Part shown: positions 44,086-54,538 of the stretch, piece by piece
Numbering within the stretch: the stretch's first letter is position 1
Layout: each line of letters starts with the position of its first letter
Source: an uncultured Candidatus Saccharibacteria bacterium
GTDB taxonomy: Bacteria; Patescibacteriota; Minisyncoccia; UBA6257; JAKLIH01
Assembly: GCA_964618955.1 (NCBI GenBank)
Contig: CAZUBO010000002.1
Coordinates: 1,582 to 65,581, forward strand
Direction: 5' to 3'
DNA length: 64,000 nucleotides
Notes under the pieces: generated by a model
What the model was told of the DNA's origin: nothing
Database searches by the model: none
Seen by the model: the letters and a program-made list of their open reading frames with translations, nothing else
Translations under genes and position numbers: made by a program

Positions 44086-45312
44086 ATGAATAAATATATA
44101 CCAAGAAAGCTAGAGGGAGAGATAAATAAATATATTGATGGGCCAGAAATTGTTGCTGTTGTTGGCCCTAGGCAATGTGGTAAAACAACTATGTTAAGGC
44201 ACATAGCTGAGCGTTTAGACAATAGTACATTCTTGAGTTTTGAAGACCACGAAGTACTAGAGCTATTTGAAACGAACATTAAGCAATTTGCAAAATTATA
44301 CACAGATAAATACAAGTATGTTTTTATCGACGAATTTCAGTATTCAAAAATCGGTGGCAAACAATTAAAGTTTTTATACGATTTACATCATACTAAAATT
44401 TTTATTTCTGGATCTTCGGCAATTGATTTAACAATTAACGCGGTAAAATATTTGGTTGGACGAGTACTAATCATGAGTTTATATCCTTTAGATTTTATTG
44501 AATTTATAGGCTATAAGGATAAGAAATATCAGAAGTATATAGTTGATAGTCAATCTCTTCTCTTTAGCTCTGAAAATATCAAAATAAATGAAGGGTGACA
44601 CAAAAAGCTAATGTCTCTGTATGAAGAGTATATTATATTTGGTGGCTATCCACGGATTGTTCTAGAGAACGACAATCAAATAAAAATAAAAAAATTAAAA
44701 GACATCTATAATACCTATTTTTTAAGAGATGTTAAGGATTTTTTGGGTCTTACTAGCAACTATAAGCTTTCTAAATTAATAAAACTATTAGCATTACAGA
44801 TAGGTAAAACGGTAGATTATAATCAACTAGCTAGCCAAACAGGGTTTAGTCATGCTTCTGTTAAAAAATATATGAATTTCTTAGAGCAAACTTTTATCTG
44901 CAATCTCATTACCCCTTATTACACTAATAAAATCTCCGAGATTGTCAAGAATCCTAGAGTATACTTCTTGGATACGGGGTTAAGGAATCATATAGCCGGA
45001 GATTTTAATGTAATAGGGGAGCGGCTAGATTCAGGATTTTTTCTAGAAAACGCAGTATATCAGCAAATTATTAAGAAAGGGATTGTTCCTCAATACTGAC
45101 GCACAAAAAAACAATTAGAGATGGATTTTGTATTAGAAATTAACAGGCGCAATATTCTGGCGTTAGAAGTCAAAAAGACACTCCATAACATTAATTGGGA
45201 TTCTATTAAGTTTTTCCAGGAAAAATACCCAAACATTGACATTAAATTAATGTATTGGGAGAAGAAAAACGATAAGTTACAAATTCCACATTATCCTATA
45301 TATTTTGCTTAA
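44086..45312 (+). CDS. AAA-family ATPase with C-terminal DUF4143-type domain
   Basis: Walker A GPRQCGKTT, Walker B VFIDEFQ. Winged-helix-like middle. C-terminal E-x-D-F-V...E-V-K nuclease-like segment (LEMDFVLE..ALEVKK). Two in-frame TGAs. Confidence 0.8.
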
Positions 45313-45475
45313 TATTTTGCTCTTGGATAACAATAAATCAAGCCCTGTTTTAGCGTTCTCTCGATTGGACATTTAAAAAACATTCGATAACGACATGGTC
45401 TCCCCGGACTTGCGTTTTGGAAAGAAATGTGATAAAGTAGGATTAATTAAAACAAAGATACTAACTATTGAAAAT

Positions 45476-45736
45476 ATGACAAAAACAGACACAAAAGCTA
45501 AAATAATTACTAAAGTTAAGGTACATGCCAAAGATACTGGCTCTCCAGAAGTACAAATTGCCTTACTTCAAAACAATATTGATAACTTATCTTCTCACTT
45601 GAAGAAGCATTCTAAAGATGTAGATGCCAAGAGAGGATTATTAGAAATTGTTGCTAAGAGAAGAAAACTACTTAACTATTTAGAGAAGAAATCAAAGAAG
45701 AGATTTAATGCTTTAAATAAGTTGATTAAAGCTTAA
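45476..45736 (+). CDS. rpsO: 30S ribosomal protein S15
   Basis: KDTGSPEVQIALLQNNIDNLSSHLKKHSKD..RGLL..V.KRRKLLNYL. The internal ATG at 45476 gives the canonical length of about 86 aa. Confidence 0.92.
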   Translation: MTKTDTKAKIITKVKVHAKDTGSPEVQIALLQNNIDNLSSHLKKHSKDVDAKRGLLEIVAKRRKLLNYLEKKSKKRFNALNKLIKA

Positions 45737-45744
45737 GACCAAAC

Positions 45745-45768
45745 AAAGAACATTTTTGTTCTTTTTTT
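45745..45768 (+). terminator. Terminator/attenuator between rpsO and pnp
   Basis: aaagaaca tttt tgttcttt followed by a T-run. Confidence 0.6.
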
Positions 45769-45818
45769 GGTGGTTAGTAATTAACAAATTAATAAAAATA
45801 CCCTGAGTGGTAACTAAT

Positions 45819-45862
45819 CATATTTGTTTTATTTGAAAGTTGTTTTAACTAAAACAAATATG
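45819..45862 (+). promoter_or_regulatory. Long stem-loop in the pnp 5' leader
   Basis: 13-bp perfect inverted repeat catatttgtttta / taaaacaaatatg with an 18-nt loop, ending 29 nt before the pnp ATG. Confidence 0.5.
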
Positions 45863-45890
45863 GTTAATGCTTGGGGTTAAAAAATATATT

Positions 45891-47993
45891 ATGAATTTTA
45901 AAGAATTCACATTGGATATTAATGGGACACCATTAACTATCAAACATTCACTATTGGCAAAACAAACCAATGGTTCAGTTTTGGCTAAGTTCGGGGGATC
46001 CGAAGTATTAGCAATTTCAGTTATGGGGATCGAAGATAAATTCGATAAGGATTGTATGCCTTTATCAGTTGATTTTGAAGAAAAATATTATGCTACTGGC
46101 AAGTTACTGGGTAGCAGATATATGAGAAGAGAATCTAGACCAAGCGAAGGAGCTACATTAACTAGTCGTATGATAGATAGAACTATTAGGCCTTTATTTA
46201 ATCCTTACTTACGTAGAGAGGTTCAAGTTAATGTAACTTGTTTAGCTTTTGATGAAGTTAATGATCCTGATGTGCTATCAATGATTAGTGCTTCATTAGC
46301 ATTAATGATTTCTAATATTCCTTGAAATGGACCAGTTGGCGCTGTTAGAATTGGATACAGCGAGAAGACTGGATTTGTTGTAAATCCAACATATGTTCAA
46401 AGAGAAGAGGGTATGGATTTTGAAATGGTTTTGTCAGGAGTTAAGAACAAAATCAATATGATTGAATTCCAAGGCAGTGAAGTTAGTGACGAATTAATCA
46501 CTCAAGGCTTTGAGATTGGTCAAAAAGTAATAAACCAAATATGTGATTTCCAAACTGAAACTCAAAAAGAAATTGGAAAAGAAAAATCGGGTTTAAATTT
46601 TGTTTGTATTGATCCTGATTTCAAAAAAAGAGCTTATGAATTATTACAAGCAAAACAACAAGAGATTTTATTTAGTAAGACTATGGATAAATTAACTAAG
46701 CAAACTGAAATGGCTTTGTTAGTTAAAAGTACAACTGAAACTTTGAAAGGTGAAGGTTTTGAAGAAGACAAACTTAATACTTTAACTTTGATAATTGAAG
46801 AATTAACAAATGATATTTTACATAATGAAATTTTACAAAAAGGCAATAGACCAGATGGTAGATCGCTTACTGAGATTAGACCATTAGATGCGATGATTGA
46901 TGTAATATCTCGAACTCATGGAAATGCATTGTTTGTTAGAGGTGATACTCAGACATTATCTACTGTTACATTAGGATCGCCATTAGAAACTTTATCAGTT
47001 CAAAGCATGGAGAGCGTTGCAGAAAAAAGATACTTCCATCACTACAACTTCCCACAATGATCAGTTGGAGAAGTTGGAAGATCTAAAGGACCAGGTAGAA
47101 GAGAATTAGGTCATGGAGCATTAGCTGAGAAAGCCATATTGCCAATGTTACCTAGTAAAACTGAATTTCCTTATACTATGAGAGTAGTATCTGAAGTCTT
47201 ATCTTCTAATGGTTCTAGCTCTATGGCTTCAACTTGTTCGTCTTGTTTAGCCTTAATGGCCGCTGGAGTACCATTAAAAGAGATGGTAGCTGGTATTGCT
47301 ATGGGTGTCATTATTGACGAGAAGAACGAAGCAAATTACAAGATTATAACTGATATTCAAGGACCAGAAGATCACTATGGTGATATGGATTTCAAAGTTG
47401 CTGGTACTAAGAATGGTGTAAATGCTTTGCAATTAGATGTGAAGATTAATGGTATTGATGGAGAATTATTAAAGAAAGCTTTAGCTCAAGCTAAAGAAGC
47501 TAGAATGTTTATTCTAGAAAAAATGAAATTAGCTATTAGCGAGCCTAGAAAAGAACTATCTCCATTTGCTCCAAAGATTATTTCGTTTGATGTCAATCCT
47601 GAGAAGATTGGGGAGATCATTGGTTCAGGTGGAAAGACCATAAACAAAATTATTGAAGTTACTGGAACCAAGATTGATATTGAAGAAAAGACCGTATACG
47701 TTATGGGTATGGACTTGGAGAAAGTCATGCAAGCCAAATCAATCATTGAAAACTTGATTAAAGAATATCAAGAAGGAGATATTGTTGAAGGTGTTGTAGA
47801 AGAATTAAAAGACTTTGGTGCTATCGTATACTTTGATGGCAACAATAGTGGATTACTACATATCTCAGAAATATCTGATAAGAGAATTAATAAAGTAACT
47901 GATGTTTTGAAGATTGGAGACAAATTAAAATTAAAAGTTATTAGAGTAGAGAACGGAAGAATTTCTTTATCATTAAGAGAAATGACTAAATAA
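45891..47993 (+). CDS. pnp: Polyribonucleotide nucleotidyltransferase (PNPase)
   Basis: Two RNase PH domains (YNFPQ-W-SVGEVG, SSNGSSSMA), KH (GSGGKTI), S1 (GDIVEGVV). Fragments 45867, 46413 and 47139 are in one frame. An alternative start at 45867 is possible. Confidence 0.93.
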
Positions 47994-47996
47994 TTT

Positions 47997-48030
47997 AAAA
48001 ACCAGCTGAATTAAATCAGTTGGTTTTTTT
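47997..48030. terminator. Bidirectional terminator between pnp and rsmA
   Basis: aaaaaccagctga / tcagttggttttt hairpin (one G-U pair). Confidence 0.7.
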
Positions 48031-48034
48031 GTTT

Positions 48035-48817
48035 TTAAATTAAGTTAATAATTTTTATTCAGGTCTCAAAATCAATATCTTCTGATCGTGATTTTAAATT
48101 GATGTTGAGATTTTGAAATACTTCTTCATAATTAATGGTTTTGGAATAATAGTGTTTTAAGTTAGAGATAGCCATTTTTCTAGGCTGGTGGAAGCTAGCA
48201 TTGATTGCTTTTTCATATTTAGTAATGAATTCTGTATCGTAATTACTATCTTTTTTGGTTAAGCAGATAATTGATGAATCAACTTTAGGAATAGGGAAGA
48301 AGCTGGCTTTAGGAACAGTTTGAATGTATTTAGCTTCGAAAAAAAGATTTACAAACATTGAAAGTTTATTGTTTTTTGAATTCTTCAAAGTAATTCTCTC
48401 AGCTAATTCTTTTTGAAGCATGAGAATTACTTTTTCAGGCTTGGGAGAATTATCAAAAATCATTCTTAAAAGAAAAGAAGATATGTAGTAGGGGATATTA
48501 GCAACAATTTTGAATTGGGTCTTGTTTTCTTTTAAAAAAAGAGTATAATATTCTTTGATGTCAGCGATGATAAGATTTAAATTTGAAAAATCTTTAAATC
48601 TTTCTTTTAAAAGATTTTCCATTCTTTGATCTTTTTCAATAGCGATGATTTGAGCTTTGGTTTGAAGCAAACTTTCGGTAAGATTGCCAGTTCCAGGACC
48701 AATCTCTAAGACGACATCTTGTTCTTTAATATCAGCAGCTTCAACTATCTTTAATAGCGCTGTTTTGGAATTAAGAAAGTTCTGACCGAGTGATTTTTTG
48801 GCTTTGATTGTTTTCAT
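48035..48817 (-). CDS. rsmA: 16S rRNA (adenine1518/1519-N6)-dimethyltransferase
   Basis: KKSLGQNFL, LEIGPGTGNLT, ANIPYYISS motifs. Extends through TGA (48059) to TAA at 48035. Confidence 0.92.
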
Positions 48818-48877
48818 AGTAACCCTTTGATATTTTTTAAAAAATAGTGTATACTATAGGTAATTAAACATCTATTT

Positions 48878-50086
48878 ATGTTCTACTATTGATACCTAAA
48901 TGTATATGCCTATTATAGCAAATTAATTGCCAGAACACAAAGATTTTTGAAGCCAGTAATTAGGTTAGTGGTTTTTGCATTTAAGAAGATTACCAGTAAA
49001 GTTGAATGAGAGTTGATAGGAGCTTATTGCTATAAAAAATGCAAGACCAATACTAATACGATTGCTTTGGTAGTGTTCTTTGTTTTTGCTATTAATGTTG
49101 CTATGATGTTAAATGGGATATCAAATATTTCTTTTTCGAATTTGTTTGCTGATACAAATATTATTGTAGAAGCAATGGATTTACAAGATCCAGTTAGTAC
49201 TCATGAGACGGTTTCGATAAATGATATTAATCTAGATAGCTATGACTACTATCAGAATCTAAATATGGAAGCTAAACCAGAAGACTTCTTAGATCTATAC
49301 TTAGTGGAAGATGAAGCCTTTTTGTTACGTAGTATTGATTTTTCAGAATCAAATATTGATATTTCAAAACCAGATAGAATTATATCGTATGTTGTAAAGC
49401 AGGGAGATACTTTAGAGAAGATTGCTAAGAATTTTGGAATTAATGTAGAAACTTTAAAGACAGCTAATTCTTTGAAAAAATCAGTGATTGCTCCAGGACA
49501 GAAGTTAGTGATTCTTCCAATATCAGGTATTTACTATACTGTTAAGAAGGGGGATAGCTTAGGGAAGTTAGCAATCAAATACAAAATCTCAGCTAGTGTA
49601 ATTCGAGAATACAATAATTTAGAAAATGATACTTTAAAAATTAATGAGAAAATTATCTTACCAGGGGCTAAGGAACAAATAATTGCAAATGTTACTAAGA
49701 GTGGTACAAAAATAACTGAAGTAGGTGGAAGTGGATTCTTCCTATATCCAACAGTAGGATGGAATTGAGGTGAAGCTCATGGAGTAGGTGGTTGTGCAGT
49801 TGATATTGCTAATACCTGTGGCACACCAATCTACGCTAGTGCTGATGGTACAGTAATTGATTTACGAACTAGTGGATACAATTCCGGATATGGACTATAT
49901 ATCAAAATACAACATAACAATGGAACTTCAACATTATATGCTCATTTAAGTCAAATACTAATTACTAATGGCCAATACGTAAGTAGGGGCCAGATGATCG
50001 GGAAGATGGGAACTACTGGTAAATCAACTGGATGTCACTTACACTTTGAAGTGAAGGGTGTAAAAAATCCATTTATTAAAAAATAG
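48878..50086 (+). CDS. Membrane-anchored LysM (x2) + M23 (lysostaphin-type) peptidoglycan endopeptidase
   Basis: Two LysM repeats (YVVKQGDTLEKIAKNFG, YTVKKGDSLGKLAIKY). M23 motifs H-x3-D context (AVDIAN) and HLHFEV after one TGA. The start is uncertain (48878 ATG or a downstream start). Confidence 0.82.
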
Positions 50087-50098
50087 TAAAAATTTACT

Positions 50099-52378
50099 AT
50101 GTCTAAAAAAATAGCCAAAAAAATTCTTTTGATAATTCTTCTGGGTTTTATGATATTAGGAGGAGTTAGCGCTCCAGGAGTGAATTTCAAAGCTCCTAAA
50201 GCTGAAGCTTCTATTTTCAATTGAGTAGCACCTAAAAAAACAGCTGAAACTCCAGTAAAAGGAGACGATGGTACGAAAAAGAATTCTTGTAATACTTGTT
50301 TTGTGGCTGTTAAGACTGGCACAATATGAAATATGTTATCCGCTCCGATTGATACAGTCTTATCGCTTATACCTAGAATTTTAGTATTTGTAATAAAGTG
50401 AATTGTGATTCTTTTGGCAAAACTTTTACAAGCATTAATGGCTCCTCAAGGAGGCGGATTATTCTTTAAATTAAATCAGTTCATGCCAACTTACAATGAA
50501 GCAGGGCAACAAACTAGTTTTATATATTGACTTTGAAGTGTATCGCTTTATTACGCCAATATATTAATAACGTTATTTTTAATTTGAATTGCTATTAATA
50601 TTATTTTGGAGAAAAAAGAATATACCAATTACCAAAATTTAATTAAATTGGTAGGAGTTGCTTTATTAGTTAATTTCTCCTTAGTAATATGTGCGGTATT
50701 TGTAGATATATCTAATTTTATAGCAACTTTATTTATGTCAAATATCGCTATGAATTCTTTTTCTTGTATGTATGCTTGTACTATCCATAAAGTGGCAAAT
50801 ATTTTTAATTGTAAACAAGATAATATGATATTTTCTTTGACAATTTCTAATAGCTTAGCATTAATGGTTGGATTGGTATTTGTTGGACAAATATTAGGAT
50901 TGATTATGTATGTACTTACTCGTATGGTTTATTTATGATTTTTGGTTGGCATATCACCAATTGCTTTTGTATTATCAGCTATACCAGAAACAAGAAAATA
51001 TTACAAACAATGATCTGATTTGTTTATAGCTAATTTGACTAAATTACCAGCATTAGCATTTGCTTCATATTTTATTTTAAATATGATGATCTATATTTCA
51101 AATAATTATATGATGAGTACTGATACTGCTAATACAAATTGAATGCAAAACATATTGGGAATGGGAAATAACACAGCTAGCGAGAATCTTTGAATTTCAA
51201 CTTTAGGAATTGTTTTTATATTATTTATATTATCACAAGCTTTATTAATGGTGGCTCAAAACTTAGGAGTAGAACAGATTTCCAAAGCTTCAGCATTTGC
51301 AACAGGCTGAGCTAAAAAAGGGTGAGATGCAGTGAAGAATCCTACTATGAGCTATGGAAGAAAGAAATTACTTAGTTCGAAGCCAATGCAAAGTTTTACA
51401 AAGACTCTTACTGGCAGTAAAATAGCTCCTCTAACAAGGCTTGGAAACAAAGTCGCTGATCAAATGACTAGGGAACAAAAGAAATCTCAAGGCGAAATTA
51501 ATTACTGAAAAGAAAACTTGAATGCTGGTATGCTTGAGAGAATTGTTAATGACAACAAGAGCGCACGAGGAGATAAAACAAAATTCTTACAAGCCATCCA
51601 AGCCTTGTCAGAAATGCAATCAAAGGGTGATTATAAAGATCCTGGGGTTGGGAAAAATAAGATTAAAATTTTGGATAATCCAGAGAATATGAGTATGGTA
51701 AAGAATTTGGTAGCTGACGATTTATATGGAGAGACTGATGCGGGCAAATTCATGAAGAAGCGTTATACTTGAGTGAAGGCTGGTCCAAAATCAGAAGATT
51801 ATAAGTCTGCAGCCGAAAAGATCTTGGGAACTGGTGCATCTGAAGCTGCTCTTAATAAGAAAATGGAAGAGTTGGCCTTTAGCGCCCCATATTATGATGC
51901 CGCTAGTTTTAAGGGTGGTAAACTAAGAGATGAGCTCTATGGAAGAGCTACTGACCAAGACAAAGCCGGTCTAAATGATTGACACGCCGAAATCAAACAT
52001 CTTTTTGATGCTAGTAAAACTAACCCTGATCCTGAAAAATTTGCCGAAATGTTTCAATTATTTCAAAAAACAATTAGCGCCAAAAAGATGCAATTGATTT
52101 TTAACAAACTACCTAATGTTCAAAGAGCAACATTTTGAGATATGATTGCCAGAATGGCTATAGTAGCGAAGAAAGTTAAGGATAAAAAGCTTGGAAGCAA
52201 TAACCTAGATGCTGAATTCACAAATATAAAACCTGACGAAATATACAATGATGCCGAAGACGCATTGAGCGAATTGGCTGGTGGACAACAATACAGCTGA
52301 ATGGCTACTCCTAAAAACGCGGACTCCCTTTCTTTTGCTAGATCTTTGCGAGATAATGATTTTATAAAGTTAAAATAA
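50099..52378 (+). CDS. VirB6/TrbL-like polytopic membrane protein with long soluble C-terminal extension (759 aa)
   Basis: Signal/anchor, then at least 6 hydrophobic helices rich in TGA-encoded Trp, then about 350 aa of hydrophilic sequence. The assignment rests on topology and on its position directly upstream of VirB3/VirB4 homologs. Confidence 0.5.
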
Positions 52379-52387
52379 AATAACTAT

Positions 52388-53383
52388 ATGATTGTTAATG
52401 CTTTTGAGATATATGATTATTTGCCAGAAAAAATAAAAGAATTATTGTTTAGCCAATTTATGGATAATTTAATGGCAAATATTTTTGCATTAGCAAACAT
52501 CCCAGAAGAAAAACAGATTTCTTTACATCGCGACACAGTTGGAGTGCTGATAGGTAGGCATGATTTAAAACAGTATGAAAATATTTTAAAGACAAATTAT
52601 GGATTAAATGACAACGTAACAGCTACAACAATAGCTCTATTAAACGAGAAATTATTTAACCAAATAACTGATGCTTTAGAAAAATCTAAAGAAGTTTATA
52701 AACGATTTAGTGAAGGCAATATAAAAAACCTATCTAATTCAGTAATATCTGAAACAAAAAATGAGTTCAAAGAACCTGAAAAAATAATGTCTTACATCCA
52801 AGAACTGGCCGAATCAATTAAAAAAGAAGATACTTTACCAGAAGCAAATTTAGAAATTATTCCGACAATTGCTGATATGAAAATTATACCGGAAGAAAAG
52901 AAAATTACTATAAATACGCCGGTTTTAAAACCAGAAGAAGCAAAAGTTGAACCAGTAGTTATCAAGAATGAAGCTGTTGCTGAAGAACCGGTTAAGGAAG
53001 TTGCTCCTGAAGTAAAGCCAGTTGAAGAAGTTCCGGCTTTTGTTCCCAAAGAATCAACGGTGTTTAAGATGATGAAGAATAAAGAAGAACAGAGTAATGG
53101 AAAATTAAATGAATACTTTAAAGCCTTGAAAGATAATTTGGATTTTGGTAATACCAACGAATCAGAGAATATATTCCAACCACCATTCAAGGCCACAAAG
53201 GGAAGGAGTATGATGGTAGAGTCTAGTATCGAAGAATCCAAGGATAATATTGTTGTAAACGAGAGTATTGAACCCAAGAAAAAACCTGTCAGATACAATA
53301 GCTTTGAATTTATGAAGAAGCCAAATACTCCTAGTGAAGCCAAATCAGCTGATGATAAGTTTATTGATTTGGGAGATTTTTAA
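52388..53383 (+). CDS. Hypothetical protein with Pro/Glu/Val-rich linker (331 aa)
   Basis: Uninterrupted ORF. Helical N-domain, PEEAKVEPVVIKNEAVAEEPVKEVAPEVKPVEEVP low-complexity linker, acidic C-terminus. Family unknown. Confidence 0.6.
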   Translation: MIVNAFEIYDYLPEKIKELLFSQFMDNLMANIFALANIPEEKQISLHRDTVGVLIGRHDLKQYENILKTNYGLNDNVTATTIALLNEKLFNQITDALEKSKEVYKRFSEGNIKNLSNSVISETKNEFKEPEKIMSYIQELAESIKKEDTLPEANLEIIPTIADMKIIPEEKKITINTPVLKPEEAKVEPVVIKNEAVAEEPVKEVAPEVKPVEEVPAFVPKESTVFKMMKNKEEQSNGKLNEYFKALKDNLDFGNTNESENIFQPPFKATKGRSMMVESSIEESKDNIVVNESIEPKKKPVRYNSFEFMKKPNTPSEAKSADDKFIDLGDF

Positions 53384-53447
53384 ATCAATTTTTATTGATA
53401 ATTTTTTGGTTTTATGTTACATTATATCTAATAACTAATTTAATATT

Positions 53448-53855
53448 ATGGATGATTATCAAGTACCACAATTCATTGAAGACGAAGCTAGATTAGTAGG
53501 ACCATTCTCCTTTGTCCAGATTTTTATATTAGTTGGTGGTTGTGGTTCAGCCTTGATAGTTTACAAATTATTAAAAGGCTTTTTGGGAATACCAATTGCA
53601 GTAGTATTATTATTCTTAACAGCAATGTTGACTTTTACAAAGTTCAACGATATGCCATTATACAAAATGGTAATTCCAATGATAAAGCATTTTGTATTAC
53701 CAAAATCATACCAATGATCTCAACCTAAAGGGGTAGTTACTAAAAATGAGAATATTAAAACTAAGACTGATTTTGATTTTAAGAATGTTGAGAGCAAGAC
53801 AGATATGAATGCAGTTGATGAATTAACTAAAATATTAGACAAAGGCAATGAATAA
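53448..53855 (+). CDS. PrgI-family / VirB3-like small membrane protein
   Basis: YQVPQFIEDEARLVGPFSFVQ N-terminal motif followed by two TM helices. One TGA. Overlaps the next gene by 8 nt. Confidence 0.65.
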
Positions 53856-54528
53856 AAACAATACTACAAATAATTCAAGTACTCAGAATTTAATGCCAAT
53901 TAATGAAATTCGCAATAATACCGTTATCTTAAAGAATGGTTCTTTAAGATCTATTATTGAAGTTGATGGTATTAATATTGATTTGATGTCAAATGAAGAT
54001 CAGGAGAATACATTAAGAACCTGACAATCATTTTTGAATAATTTGGATTTTTCAGTTCAAATATTAATTGTCTCTAGAAAGGCAAATATTGATGAGTATG
54101 TTAGTAATGTTGAGAGTAAGACTGCTGAAGTTGAAGAAGACTTGCTAAAGACTCAGGTAAACGACTATGTGACTTTTATACGAGACTTTACAGCTAATAA
54201 TCAAATTATTGATAAGAAGTACTATATTATAGTTCCTTATGATCCTTTCATAATGAAGAAGAGTGCTTTTGGGGGACAAATTAAAGATATGTTTTTGAGT
54301 ATTTTTAATTTGAATCGCGAAGCTTTTTCTCAGGATGTATTATTAGATGATAAGGAATTTCAAAAGAATTATCAGCAATTGATTGTTCGACAAGATACAA
54401 TTCTTTCACAATTACAAAGAATGGGGTTATCAGCTCAGTTAGTTCAGACTAATGATATTATTCCTTTGATACATAATATCTACAATCCGGATACAATATT
54501 AAAACCAACATCAACAAAAGAATTTTAA
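53848..54528 (+). CDS. VirB4 N-terminal-domain-like protein (stand-alone, 226 aa)
   Basis: NLMPINEIRNNTVILKNGSLRSIIEVDGINIDLMSNEDQE..FLNNLDFSVQILIVSRKANIDEYV matches the N-terminal module of Gram-positive VirB4/TrsE/PrgJ ATPases. Genuine TAA stop at 54526. Confidence 0.6.
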
Positions 54529-54538
54529 AAAAACAAAT

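Noticed and set aside
52792-53343. Long antisense ORFs such as 52792..53343(-), 24117..24674(-), 20519..20902(-), 61001..61339(-), 22838..23185(-) and 6375..6584(-).
   Set aside because: Each lies entirely inside a well-supported gene on the other strand or in another frame. Each has low-complexity or hydrophobic composition typical of AT-rich shadow frames, and none has an independent start context or motif.
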